A stretch of DNA of 64,000 nucleotides, from contig CAZIDY010000010.1 of assembly GCA_964538505.1 (NCBI GenBank), positions 10,004-74,003 of the forward strand, read 5' to 3'. The translations under genes were made by a program, and so were the position numbers. The notes below the pieces were generated by a model. It saw nothing but the letters and a program-made list of their open reading frames with translations. It did not search any database and had not been told where the DNA came from. Origin of the DNA: an uncultured Limnobacter sp. (GTDB lineage: Bacteria > Pseudomonadota > Gammaproteobacteria > Burkholderiales > Burkholderiaceae_E). Positions 29,930 to 40,003 of the stretch are shown one piece after another; positions within the stretch are counted from its first letter, which is position 1; each line of letters opens with the position of its first letter.

Positions 29930-30556
29930 TCAGCGCTCGACCCGAAAGCGGAGCATCGCACCGGCGAGCTCGATCAGGTCTCCGTCGGCGAGCGGCCGCG
30001 CGACGAGCCCGATCGGCTCGCCGTTCACCTGCGGAAGCGTGGGTCCTTCGAGATGCGTCAGGTGGAAGCGCCCGTGTCGGCGAGCGAGAACGGCCACCTG
30101 CTCGGCGAAGCCGCCGATGCGCGTGATCGCACGATCGACGCGCTGCGACGTGCCCGCCCGGGGGCCCGACAGGAAGTCGATCCATCCGATGACCGCCTCG
30201 TTGTCCTTCGGAGGCGGCGGGCGGTCGACGACGAAACGCAGCCGATAGATGCCGATGTCGATGACGTCACCGCTGCACAGTACGCGCCGGCTGATCGCCA
30301 GGCCGTTCACCAGCGTTCCGTTGCGGCTGTCGAGATCGTGGATGACGCTCTCGGTTCCGTGCGTCTCGATCGCTGCGTGCTCGCCGCTGACGGTGAGGTC
30401 GTCGAGCGCGATGTCGTTCTGCGGACGTCGGCCGATCGTCAGGCGCTCGCGGGCAACCGCCGCGACGCGAAGCGTCGAGCGCCCGCTGGTGATCAGCAGG
30501 CGGATCGCAGCGGCGGCATGATGCGCCTGCATCCCCGGTTGTTCGGCGTCTTGCAT
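29930..30556 (-). CDS. FHA domain protein (two FHA-like modules)
   Basis: TIGRRPQNDIALDDLTVSGEHAAIE...DLDSRNGTLVNG is a canonical FHA pattern. A second, weaker module occupies the C-terminal half. Confidence 0.8.
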   Translation of the reverse strand: MQDAEQPGMQAHHAAAAIRLLITSGRSTLRVAAVARERLTIGRRPQNDIALDDLTVSGEHAAIETHGTESVIHDLDSRNGTLVNGLAISRRVLCSGDVIDIGIYRLRFVVDRPPPPKDNEAVIGWIDFLSGPRAGTSQRVDRAITRIGGFAEQVAVLARRHGRFHLTHLEGPTLPQVNGEPIGLVARPLADGDLIELAGAMLRFRVER

Positions 30557-30666
30557 TCCATGAAGGTAGCGGGACGCCGATTTTCGCCCGAGGAACTATT
30601 TCATGAACGGCAGTTCGACTCGGCCGGACGGGACGAAAGCGACGCGTGCATGCATCGCCTGCGCCG

Positions 30667-31395
30667 TCAACCGCGATCGGTCTGAGCGGCGGGTTTGCGC
30701 CGCGCACCGAGCGCCTTGCCGAGCACGACGACGAAGACCGCCCCGGCAATCGACACCGCGTACTTCAGCGCCTCGCTCGGCTCGCCGCCGAGCATCTGCA
30801 CGGTGATGATGTCGGTGATCATCATGCCGCCCGCGATCCATCCGAGCAGCGCACCGCCGAGCGTGACAACGATGGGAAAGCGCTCGATCAGGCGCAGCAC
30901 GAGCGTGCTGCCCCAGACGATGATCGGGATGCTCACGAGCAGCCCGAAGATGACGAGGCCCATCTGGTGATCGGGGTCGGCCTGCTGCGCGGCACCGGCG
31001 ATCGCGATGACGTTGTCGAGGCTCATCACGAAGTCGGCGACGACGATCGTCTTCACGGCCGACCACAACGAGGTCGCACTTGCGATGTTGCCGTGCTCGT
31101 CTTCCTCCTCGGGCATCAGCAGCTTCACGCCGATCCACAGCAGCAGCGCACCGCCGACGAGCTTCAGGAACGGCACCTGCAGCAGCACCACCGCGAAGGC
31201 GATCAGGATGACGCGCAGCACGATGGCGCCCGCGGTCCCCCAGAGGATGCCCTTCATGCGCTGCTCGCGCGGCAGGTTGCGGCACGCGAGCGCGATGACC
31301 ACCGCGTTGTCGCCGCCGAGCAGGATGTCGATCGCGATGATCTGGAGGACCGCCCCCCAGTGCATCGTCGTCAGGAACTCGATCACGGCTTCCAC
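30667..31395 (-). CDS. TerC family integral membrane protein
   Basis: IDILLGGDNAVVIALA and ADFVMSLDNVIAIAG are the duplicated TerC motifs. Confidence 0.85.
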   Translation of the reverse strand: MEAVIEFLTTMHWGAVLQIIAIDILLGGDNAVVIALACRNLPREQRMKGILWGTAGAIVLRVILIAFAVVLLQVPFLKLVGGALLLWIGVKLLMPEEEDEHGNIASATSLWSAVKTIVVADFVMSLDNVIAIAGAAQQADPDHQMGLVIFGLLVSIPIIVWGSTLVLRLIERFPIVVTLGGALLGWIAGGMMITDIITVQMLGGEPSEALKYAVSIAGAVFVVVLGKALGARRKPAAQTDRG

Positions 31396-31431
31396 GATGG
31401 GGTCCGGTGCCTCAGGTTCTCACAGCGGTTC

Positions 31432-32313
<882 letters not shown>

Positions 32314-32329
32314 CGTCGGGTCTCCGGTT

Positions 32330-33493
32330 TCAGCGTGCGGCGGCGGCGACGACTTTCTCGGCCGCCTCGCCCATCGTGTCGGCCGAAATGATCGGCAGCC
32401 CCGAGTCGGCGAGCAGCTTCTTGCCGAGCTCTTCGTTCGTTCCCTTCATGCGCACGACGAGCGGAACCTTCAGCCCGACCGCCTTCGACGCGGCGATCAC
32501 GCCTTCGGCGATGACGTCGCAACGCATGATGCCGCCGAAGATGTTGACGAGGATCGCCTGCAGGTTCGGATTGCGCAGCATCAGCTTGAAGGCCTCGGTG
32601 ACCTTCTCGGTGGTGGCGCCGCCGCCCACGTCTAGGAAGTTCGCCGGCTCGCCGCCGAAGAGCTTGATGGTGTCCATCGTCGCCATCGCCAGCCCGGCGC
32701 CGTTCACCAGGCAGCCGATGTTGCCGTCGAGCTGGATGTAGGCGAGGTCGTATTTCGACGCCTCGATCTCGGCCGGGTCTTCCTCGTCGAGATCGCGCAG
32801 CTCGACGATCTCGGGATGACGGAACAGTGCGTTCTCGTCGAAGTTCATCTTCGCGTCGAGCGCGATCACCTTGCCGTCGCCGGTGAGGATGAGCGGGTTG
32901 ATTTCGGCGAGCGACGCGTCGGTTTCCCAGAATGCGCGGTAGAGCCCCTGCAGCACCGTGCGCGCCTGCGGCAGGCTCGCGTCGGGGATGCCGATCTTGC
33001 GCGCCACGTCGTCGGCCTGTTCGTCGGTGAGTCCGGCCACCGGATCGATCATCACCTTGTGGATCTTCTCGGGCGTGCTCGCGGCGACTTCCTCGATATC
33101 CATGCCGCCCTCGCTCGACGCCATCAGGCACACGCGCTGCGAGACGCGATCGACGACCATGCCGAGGTAGAGCTCCTTCTGGATGTCGGCGCCCTCCTCG
33201 ATGAGCAGCCGGCGCACCTTCTGCCCTTCGGGGCCGGTCTGGTGCGTCTTCAGCTGCATGCCGAGGATTTCCGATGCGGTGCTGCGCACCTCGTCGATCG
33301 AGCGCGCGAGCTTCACGCCGCCGCCCTTGCCGCGGCCTCCGGCGTGGATCTGTGCCTTGACGACCCACACCGGACCGCCGAGCGCCTGCGCCGCACTCAC
33401 CGCCTCGTCGACCGAAAAGCACGGAATGCCGCGCGGCACCGTGACGCCGAAGCGCTTCAGGAGTTCCTTGCCCTGGTACTCGTGGATCTTCAC
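32330..33493 (-). CDS. sucC: ADP-forming succinate--CoA ligase subunit beta
   Basis: GTG start giving (M)[16 protein letters not shown]..., preceded by AGAGGAAA. 387 aa. The ORF track merges it into a longer upstream-extended ORF. Confidence 0.95.
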   Translation of the reverse strand: MKIHEYQGKELLKRFGVTVPRGIPCFSVDEAVSAAQALGGPVWVVKAQIHAGGRGKGGGVKLARSIDEVRSTASEILGMQLKTHQTGPEGQKVRRLLIEEGADIQKELYLGMVVDRVSQRVCLMASSEGGMDIEEVAASTPEKIHKVMIDPVAGLTDEQADDVARKIGIPDASLPQARTVLQGLYRAFWETDASLAEINPLILTGDGKVIALDAKMNFDENALFRHPEIVELRDLDEEDPAEIEASKYDLAYIQLDGNIGCLVNGAGLAMATMDTIKLFGGEPANFLDVGGGATTEKVTEAFKLMLRNPNLQAILVNIFGGIMRCDVIAEGVIAASKAVGLKVPLVVRMKGTNEELGKKLLADSGLPIISADTMGEAAEKVVAAAAR

Positions 33494-34104
33494 GGGGTTT
33501 CCTCTTTGGAAGCTGCGGAATCGTCGGCTGCGCGGACTCGCGTCTTGGTGCGGTACCACGCAGGGTAGTAACGCTGCACCGCAGGGCCGTCGCTGCGCAA
33601 GGCATGACAGCGGTCGATCTGGAACGGACGCGGGCCGTGGCCGGCCGCCTGGCGCTCCATCTCGGCGTATCGACGCTTGTCGCCTGCGAAGGCCTGCACC
33701 GCGGCGGTGGGCAGCGACTGCGCGAGCTCGGTGAGATGCGTGCAGCCGCGCGTCTCGCCGAGGCGTTCGCGCAATGCGACGCGAAAGCCGCGCATGAGAT
33801 TCAGGCCGACGAGCTTGCGGTAATCGCCGACGATGTTCTCGCAATAGCCGGCGTAGGGCACGGAGTCGGAAACGGCGATGGCGTCGATGACCTCGAGCTC
33901 GTCGTTGATGGTGACGCGCAGGCGCATCGCGTGCATTGCCTCGCCGCCCTTGCGCACGCCGCTCTGCAGCGGCGTGTCGTGCGGCTTCACGTCGACGAGC
34001 TCGGCTTCGAGGTCCCAGCGGCCGTCCTCCCGGCGGTACGCGTCGACCCGCACGGTGCGGGTGTGCATCGGAGTGCGCGGGTACTCGACAGGGGGCAGCG
34101 GCAT
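33490..34104 (-). CDS. DUF2889 domain protein
   Basis: 204 aa with the [12 protein letters not shown] motif I associate with DUF2889. Its stop overlaps the sucC start (GTGA). Confidence 0.6.
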   Translation of the reverse strand: MPLPPVEYPRTPMHTRTVRVDAYRREDGRWDLEAELVDVKPHDTPLQSGVRKGGEAMHAMRLRVTINDELEVIDAIAVSDSVPYAGYCENIVGDYRKLVGLNLMRGFRVALRERLGETRGCTHLTELAQSLPTAAVQAFAGDKRRYAEMERQAAGHGPRPFQIDRCHALRSDGPAVQRYYPAWYRTKTRVRAADDSAASKEETP

Positions 34105-34225
34105 GCTCGAAGAAGCGGCGCGAGCGAAGCGCGGGCGCAGCGGGAAGCGGCGGGCTTTGAGGGACGTGGGAAAGCAGTGAAGTTTAGCACGCGAGGGGGT
34201 TGGGACGGCTGGGCGGTGGGGGTGG

Positions 34226-34356
34226 CGCGCCGCTCGGGTCGGGCGCGCCGCTCGGGTCGGGCGCGGCGCTCGGGTCGGGTGCGCCGCTCGGGTCGGGCGC
34301 GGCGCTCGGGTCGGGTGCGCCGCTCGGGTCGGGCGCGGCGCTCGGGTCGGGCGCGG
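34226..34356. repeat. 18-bp tandem repeat array (about 7.5 units, gcgSSgctcgggtcgggY)
   Basis: Read directly. Units are contiguous with no spacers. Intergenic, about 55 nt from REP copy B. Confidence 0.9.
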
Positions 34357-34410
34357 CGGCGCGAGCGGGCGTTGGCGGGCGGCGCAGAAGCGGGCACGGC
34401 GTCGTTAGCC

Positions 34411-34491
34411 TTCGTCCTGGGCTACAAAATCGCGCGTTCTCCTTCGTGGAATGGATTCCACGACGGGAAACGCTACAAATTGAGGTCCGAA
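34411..34491. repeat. palindromic REP-like element, copy B (degenerate core)
   Basis: ...gggctacaaaatcgc-gcgttctccttcgtggaat-gg-attccacgacgggaaacgc-tacaaattgaggtccgaa, 44 nt downstream of the RayT-like stop. Confidence 0.7.
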
Positions 34492-34534
34492 GTCGTCCAT
34501 GCGTGACTCCGCTGCGGCACGCCTGGGCTGCGTT

Positions 34535-35653
34535 TCACGCACGAAGCGCCGTGCGCCCGGACAAACTTCGATCCGCGGGCTCCGCCGCCGCGTCTGAACA
34601 CAAGGGCGTCACGGACAGACGCCGGTCCGCAAGCGTCAGGGCCATCGCATGCAGTTCGTCAGCGGTAAGAGGGCTTCGTCGAATGCGAGTTTCAGCGCCC
34701 GACGCGGCCGCTCTCCTGGCTCGCGACTTGCGCGCAGCTTCAGCCCTCGAACTTCGTCGTGCCACGCTCGTGCGGTCCGCGATGCCGCCGATCGCAACGT
34801 TCCGGTCGACGATGCGTTCGACCGGGGCTCCTTCACACCGGGCCACAATTCCATCCATGACTGTTTCTTCACACCGAGCCATCTTGAGGGCATTGCTGCG
34901 ATGACAACCGATGTAGCGGGCGAGTTCCGGAGCGCGGTAGCGCGTCCATCTCGTCGCCGACAGCAAAAAGAGCCGACGCTCGGCAGCATCGAACTCGTGC
35001 GGCGCGCTGCGTGCGCTCCGAAGCACGCGCGAGACCGCCGACGCGATTGCCTCGAGGGACGCCTCCTTCTCGCGTGCACGAAGCCAAGGCGTGCAATCTG
35101 CCAGGGCCCCGGCAATGCGAACAGAGGCGTCCGACGTTACGTATTCGTGCAGCCATTCGATGCACGAAGGCAGACGACGACCCATCGCCCGTGCCCATCG
35201 CGCGCGATCGACACCGGGGCGGGCGACGGCGCCGACCCAGTCGCGATGCGTGCTCCACTCCCATTCGAGCGGGTCGTTGCAGAGTGCGTCCCGCGTCGGG
35301 TTCAGGTGGATGTAGCGAAGTGTTCGTGCGATGTGCCTCTTGTCGTCCTGGACCTTCTCGGGTTGCGGGAGACGCTCCCAGTCGAACGCGAGATCCGGAT
35401 GCATCGTTGCCTGCATCCGGAGACGGAATGCCGAAAGCACACGGGCGAAGGCTCGCAAGGCGATGTCGGGCTCGATGTGAGCGAGCAGATGTACGTGATC
35501 GGGCATAAGCACGCACGCGACGACATCGAAGCTTCGCGTGATGCGACTCCACAGATCCGCGCAGGCGAAGCGTTCATGGAAGGGACGCGCACCGGAAGCC
35601 GTGCGCGCAACGAGATGCAACAACTGGAGGTCTGCCATCTCTGAATCGTGCAC
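34535..35653 (-). CDS. REP-associated tyrosine transposase-like protein (HUH/Y1, IS200/IS605 superfamily) with a C-terminal HTH extension
   Basis: LHLVARTASGARPF..., LMPDHVHLL (HUH) and RTLRYIHLNPTRDAL (catalytic Tyr helix). The C-terminal ERRLFLLSATRWTRYRAPELARYIGCHRSNALKMAR resembles the DnaA C-terminal HTH. Start is GTG 35653 or ATG 35638. Confidence 0.75.
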   Translation of the reverse strand: MHDSEMADLQLLHLVARTASGARPFHERFACADLWSRITRSFDVVACVLMPDHVHLLAHIEPDIALRAFARVLSAFRLRMQATMHPDLAFDWERLPQPEKVQDDKRHIARTLRYIHLNPTRDALCNDPLEWEWSTHRDWVGAVARPGVDRARWARAMGRRLPSCIEWLHEYVTSDASVRIAGALADCTPWLRAREKEASLEAIASAVSRVLRSARSAPHEFDAAERRLFLLSATRWTRYRAPELARYIGCHRSNALKMARCEETVMDGIVARCEGAPVERIVDRNVAIGGIADRTSVARRSSRAEAARKSRARRAAASGAETRIRRSPLTADELHAMALTLADRRLSVTPLCSDAAAEPADRSLSGRTALRA

Positions 35654-35847
35654 ATTGCTCGGTGCGCGCGCATCTGCACGGATGGATTAGGCCAGCTCAG
35701 TATTTCGATCGTCCGCATCATGGGCCCGAGCACCGAGCACCGAGCACCGAGCACCAGCACCAGCACCAGCCCGGACCTCAGGTCGCAAACTGAGTTCTTC
35801 TCGTTGACCGACGCGTTCGTAGGACGAACTACGTGACGTGCGCACGA

Positions 35848-35923
35848 TTCGAACTTCAAAAGGTAGCGTTCTCGCTCGTGGAATGGATTCCACGAGCGAG
35901 AACGCGCGCTTTTGTAGTCCGAA
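35848..35923. repeat. palindromic REP-like element, copy C (inverted relative to A, B and D)
   Basis: ttcgaacttcaaaaggta-gcgttctcgctcgtggaat-gg-attccacgagcgagaacgc-gcgcttttgtagtccgaa. Perfect 19+19 core. Lies 195 nt upstream of the RayT-like start. Confidence 0.75.
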
Positions 35924-36214
35924 CTGTTCGTGGCGCATGTGCTTTGGCCGACGCATGTGTCTTGGCCTGCGCATGCCTCGGGTCAGCGGAGGCCCCCTCA
36001 ACCCACGCATCCTGCTCACGCACGCCATGCAGCTCGACCGCCGCTCGGTTGACTGAAGCGAGTAACTCGACCCAACGCTCGTAGTTCGAACGGTCGTGGC
36101 ACGCACGGTTGCTCCGGTGCCTGCAACTCGAATCGTTGACCAGCGCGCTTCGGCAGAGACCGACGGCGCAGACGCAGCGCGTCGTGATGCGGACGCAGCG
36201 CGCCCTGGTGCGGA

Positions 36215-36369
36215 CTACCCTACGGAACCCCCACCACTTGCCGCACGTCGTGCCCGCACCCACCGCTGGAACGATGCTTCACTTTCCGCCGAGCGGCGGC
36301 CTTCGAGCAAACCGACGACCTCGATGTCTTCATCGAGTTCATCCCAATGGACGCCGGCCGGCTCCCCCG
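36215..36369 (-). pseudogene. possible C-terminal remnant of a DUF2442-family gene
   Basis: My translation gives ..GEPAGVHWDELDEDIEVVGLLEGRRS..., which resembles the conserved C-terminus of DUF2442 proteins. Only about 50 codons are present, starting right after the recX stop. Confidence 0.3.
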
Positions 36370-36372
36370 CCT

Positions 36373-36834
36373 TCAAACCGGCTCGTCGTCCGAGCCTCCT
36401 CTACCAACCACCCGCCGCACCACCTCCGCCGAGAACCCGCGAGCCAGCAGAAAGCGCGACTGTCGCGCCCGCTCGACCAGCGATTCCGGCGCCGACCCGA
36501 AACGGCGCACCCACAACGCCCGCGCGCGCTCGTACTCGCTCTTCTCGAGCGACGCTAGATGCCCCGCGACTGCCTCATCGGCCAGCCCATGCGCGCGCAG
36601 CTCATGCCGGATCACCGCCGCACCACGCGTGGACGCACGTCGATGCACCACCGATTGCGCGAAGCGCTCGTTCGAGAGCAGCCCCGTCTCGACAAGGCGA
36701 TCGAGCAGCGCCTGCAACTGCTCTGCGCTCTCGGCGTGCGGCGCGAGCTTGCGCTCGAGCTCGACGCGGCTGTGCTCGCGGCGCGCGAGCGCGCGCAGGG
36801 CGCGCGCTTTCAGTGAAGCTTCGGGGCGCGGCAT
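36373..36834 (-). CDS. recX: recombination regulator RecX
   Basis: 153 aa, directly downstream of recA. ALRALARREHSRVELERKL matches the RecX repeat pattern. Confidence 0.85.
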   Translation of the reverse strand: MPRPEASLKARALRALARREHSRVELERKLAPHAESAEQLQALLDRLVETGLLSNERFAQSVVHRRASTRGAAVIRHELRAHGLADEAVAGHLASLEKSEYERARALWVRRFGSAPESLVERARQSRFLLARGFSAEVVRRVVGRGGSDDEPV

Positions 36835-36880
36835 TGCACCGAGCGGCGGGAACGCGGCAAGCCGCCCGGTGCGGATCCCG

Positions 36881-37939
36881 TCAGGCGGCGGCCTCTTCCG
36901 CCGCGGCGCCGCGCGGCGAAACGCCGAAGTGCGCGCGCACCTTGTTCTCGATTTCGAGCGCGAGCTCGGGGTTCTCGCGCAGGTACTCGCGCGCGTTGTC
37001 CTTGCCCTGGCCGATGCGGTTGCCGCTGTAGCTGTACCAGGCGCCGCTCTTGTCGACGATGCCGGATGAGGCGCCGAGATCGAGGATCTCGCCTTCGCGC
37101 GATGTGCCTTCGCCGTACAGGATGTCGAACTCGGCCGTCTTGAACGGCGGCGCGACCTTGTTCTTGACGACCTTGACGCGCGTTTCGTTGCCGATGATCT
37201 CGTCGGCTTTCTTGATCGAGCCGGTGCGCCGGATGTCGAGGCGCACCGACGCGTAGAACTTCAGCGCGTTGCCGCCGGTGGTGGTTTCGGGGTTGCCGAA
37301 CATCACGCCGATCTTCATGCGGATCTGGTTGATGAAGATGACGGTGGTGTTCGTGCGGTTGATCGTTCCGGTGAGCTTGCGCAGTGCCTGCGACATCAGG
37401 CGGGCCTGCAGGCCGGGGAGCGAATCGCCCATCTCGCCTTCGATTTCCGCTTTCGGCGTGAGCGCCGCGACGGAGTCGATGACGATGAGATCGACCGACC
37501 CGGAACGAACCAGCGCATCGGTGATCTCGAGCGCCTGCTCGCCGGTGTCGGGCTGCGAGATGAGCAGCTCTTCGAGGTCGACGCCGAGTCGGGACGCGTA
37601 TTGCACGTCGAGCGCGTGCTCGGCATCGATGAACGCACAGGTGCCGCCGATCTTCTGCATCTCGGCGATGACCTGCAGCGTGAGCGTGGTTTTCCCCGAG
37701 GACTCGGGGCCGTAGATCTCGATGACGCGACCGCGCGGCAGACCGCCCACGCCCAGCGCGAGATCGAGCCCGAGCGAGCCGGTGGAGACGACCTGGATAT
37801 CGCGCGAGACATCGGCGTCGGAGAACTTCATTACCGAGCCCTTGCCGAACTGCTTCTCGATCTGGGCCAGCGCCGCGGACAAGGCCTTCGCGCGCTCGGT
37901 ACGGGATTTTGCATCGTCCATGTTGATCACTTTTTCCAT
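36881..37939 (-). CDS. recA: recombinase RecA
   Basis: [17 protein letters not shown]...[16 protein letters not shown]...[37 protein letters not shown]. Confidence 0.97.
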   Translation of the reverse strand: MEKVINMDDAKSRTERAKALSAALAQIEKQFGKGSVMKFSDADVSRDIQVVSTGSLGLDLALGVGGLPRGRVIEIYGPESSGKTTLTLQVIAEMQKIGGTCAFIDAEHALDVQYASRLGVDLEELLISQPDTGEQALEITDALVRSGSVDLIVIDSVAALTPKAEIEGEMGDSLPGLQARLMSQALRKLTGTINRTNTTVIFINQIRMKIGVMFGNPETTTGGNALKFYASVRLDIRRTGSIKKADEIIGNETRVKVVKNKVAPPFKTAEFDILYGEGTSREGEILDLGASSGIVDKSGAWYSYSGNRIGQGKDNAREYLRENPELALEIENKVRAHFGVSPRGAAAEEAAA

Positions 37940-37993
37940 CTGCAGGCCTCGTCCGGGAACGGGATGAACGGTCCGGAGTATGGCATGAAACTA

Positions 37994-38009
37994 CTGTATA
38001 AACAATCAG
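37994..38009 (-). promoter_or_regulatory. LexA (SOS) box upstream of recA
   Basis: CTGTATAAACAATCAG matches CTGT-N8-ACAG with one mismatch. It lies 55-70 nt upstream of the recA start in an unusually AT-rich patch. Confidence 0.65.
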
Positions 38010-38026
38010 CTGATCGGTGTAGACCG

Positions 38027-38572
38027 CTAGGCCCCGAGTCGTTCGAGTGCGCAACGCAACGCGTGCAGTGCCGACGCATCGCGCACGGCGGCGCGATCGC
38101 CACCGAAGTGCACCGTGCCGGTCTGCGGCGCCTCACCGATCGACGCCCAGCCGAAGCAGACTGTCCCAACCGGCTTGTCCGGCGTCGCGCCGCCCGGCCC
38201 GGCGATGCCGGTAACCGACAGCGCGAACTGCGCGCGACTGTGCTTCAGCGCCCCTTCGGCCATGCGCGCGGCCACCGCCTCGCTCACCGCGCCGCAGGAA
38301 GCGAGCACCTCGGGAGGAACCTCGAGCAGGTCGGTCTTCGACGCGTCGGTGTAGGTGACGAAGCCGCGCTCGAACCATGCGCTCGAGCCGCCGATCTCGG
38401 TGAGTGCGCGCGCGATCGAACCGCCGGTGCACGACTCGGCGGTGGCGATCATCCAGCCGCGCTCCTCGAGCGCGCGTCCGAGCGCAATCGCCGCATCGAC
38501 TACTTCGGTCCAGCGGCGCAAAGTGTCCGGAACTTCGTTGGGGGAGTCCACGTCACCGATACCAGAAGGCAA
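38027..38572 (-). CDS. CinA-family protein / nicotinamide-nucleotide amidohydrolase (PncC-like)
   Basis: TAESCTGGSIARALTEIGGSSAWFERGFVTYTDASK...SVTGIAGPGG is the CinA C-terminal domain signature. Confidence 0.85.
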   Translation of the reverse strand: MPSGIGDVDSPNEVPDTLRRWTEVVDAAIALGRALEERGWMIATAESCTGGSIARALTEIGGSSAWFERGFVTYTDASKTDLLEVPPEVLASCGAVSEAVAARMAEGALKHSRAQFALSVTGIAGPGGATPDKPVGTVCFGWASIGEAPQTGTVHFGGDRAAVRDASALHALRCALERLGA

Positions 38573-39002
38573 ACAGCAGCAGCGTGTAGAACGCCGCCAG
38601 CAGGTCGTCGAACATGATACCGAGGCCGCCCTTCAGCCTCCGCTCGAAATGCCGGATGGGTGGTGGCTTGACGATGTCGAAGAACCGGAACACGAAAAAA
38701 GCGCCGAGCCGGTCGACGAATCCCGCGGGAACGAAGAGCAGCACGAGCCAGAAAGCGATGATCTCGTCCCAGACGATCGCGCCGTGATCGGGAACGCCAA
38801 GGTCGCGCGACGTGCGCGTGCACGCCCACACACCGAGCGCAAAGCCGCCGACGACGAGCAGCCCCCAGCCAACCGGCGAGATCCATCGCTCGAGCACGGC
38901 GAACGCGAGCCAGGCCCACAGCGTACCGACGGTGCCTGGCGCGACCGGCGACAGGCCGCTGCCGAAGCCCAGCGCGATCCAGCGCGACAGACGCACGCGC
39001 AT
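38553..39002 (-). CDS. pgpA: phosphatidylglycerophosphatase A
   Basis: Internal start MRVRLSRWIALGFGSGLSPVAPGTVGTL...WDEI...FRFFDIVKPPPIR...GGLGIMFDD. Confidence 0.85.
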   Translation of the reverse strand: MRVRLSRWIALGFGSGLSPVAPGTVGTLWAWLAFAVLERWISPVGWGLLVVGGFALGVWACTRTSRDLGVPDHGAIVWDEIIAFWLVLLFVPAGFVDRLGAFFVFRFFDIVKPPPIRHFERRLKGGLGIMFDDLLAAFYTLLLFAFWYR

Positions 39003-39045
39003 GAAACGCGAATCGGCGCGCACCGGAATCCGCACCGGCGTGCGT

Positions 39046-39999
39046 TCACGCGAAGTGGTCGAATCCACGGGCCTCGATGGGCAGCGCGCGACCGCGCGCG
39101 TCGCGCACGCGGATCGTCGAGCCGCAGACGATGCGACCGATGCGCGCGAGCGGCACGCCGAGGCGTGATCCGATCGCGGCGATCGCGGTCCGGTTCTCGG
39201 GTGCTGCACTGAAGAGCAGCTCGTAGTCGTCGCCACCCGAAAGCGCAAGCTGCATGCGCTCGTCGTCGGACAACGCAGGCAGGCACCGGTCGACAGGCAC
39301 CGCCGGCCAGTCGACCTCGGCGCCTACACGCGAGCGCTCGACGACATGACCAAGATCGCCGAGCAGGCCGTCGGAAAGATCGATCGCCGCGCGGGCGACG
39401 TGGCGCAATGCCAGGCCGAGCGCGATGCGCGGTTCGGGCCGGTCGAGGCGGATCGACGCGTCGTCGCCCGGCGCGAGCGCGCGGCCGGCGCGTCGCTCGC
39501 GCACGGCGAAGGCCGCGGCGCCGAGTGCGCCCGACACCCAGAGATCGTCGTCGGGCTGCGCGGCATCGCGGCGCAGCGCAGCGCCTTCGGGCACCTCGCC
39601 GAACACCGTGATGCAGACGGTGCGGGGGCCTCGCGTCGTGTCGCCGCCGATCAGCTCGCAGGCATGGCGATCGGCGAGCGCGAACATGCCTTCGGTGAAC
39701 GCGCCGAGCCAGCGCTCGTCGACTTCGGGAAGGCCGATCGCCAGCGTAAACGCGCGCGGGCGCGCGCCCATCGCAGCGAGATCGGAAAGGTTCACCGCCA
39801 GCGACTTGTGGCCGAGCGACGCGGGATCGGCATCGGCGAAAAAATGACGACCTTCGAGCAGCAGGTCGGTGGAAAGGGCGAGCACGGAGTGCGGGTCGAG
39901 CGGTGCGAGCAATGCGCAGTCGTCGCCCACGCCGAGTCGGGCATCGCGCGCCGGTCCGCGATCGAAGAACCGGTGGATCAGCTCGAACTCGCCTGCCAT
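39046..39999 (-). CDS. thiL: thiamine-monophosphate kinase
   Basis: Internal start MAGEFELIHRFF...GVGDDCALL...LAVNLSDLAAMGA...GGDTT...DLSDGL. Confidence 0.9.
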   Translation of the reverse strand: MAGEFELIHRFFDRGPARDARLGVGDDCALLAPLDPHSVLALSTDLLLEGRHFFADADPASLGHKSLAVNLSDLAAMGARPRAFTLAIGLPEVDERWLGAFTEGMFALADRHACELIGGDTTRGPRTVCITVFGEVPEGAALRRDAAQPDDDLWVSGALGAAAFAVRERRAGRALAPGDDASIRLDRPEPRIALGLALRHVARAAIDLSDGLLGDLGHVVERSRVGAEVDWPAVPVDRCLPALSDDERMQLALSGGDDYELLFSAAPENRTAIAAIGSRLGVPLARIGRIVCGSTIRVRDARGRALPIEARGFDHFA

Positions 40000-40003
40000 G
40001 CCG

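Noticed and set aside
31396-31431. Mn2+ (yybP-ykoY) riboswitch upstream of the TerC-family gene
   Set aside because: Only 36 nt separate terC from the sucD stop, which is too short for the element.
34226-34356. Possible CRISPR array
   Set aside because: The 18-bp units are contiguous with no spacers, and no cas genes are nearby. It is a plain tandem repeat.
36096-37069. Plus-strand ORFs of 240-311 aa over recX and the recA 3' end
   Set aside because: Pro/Arg/Ala-rich antisense translations of clearly identified recX and recA.
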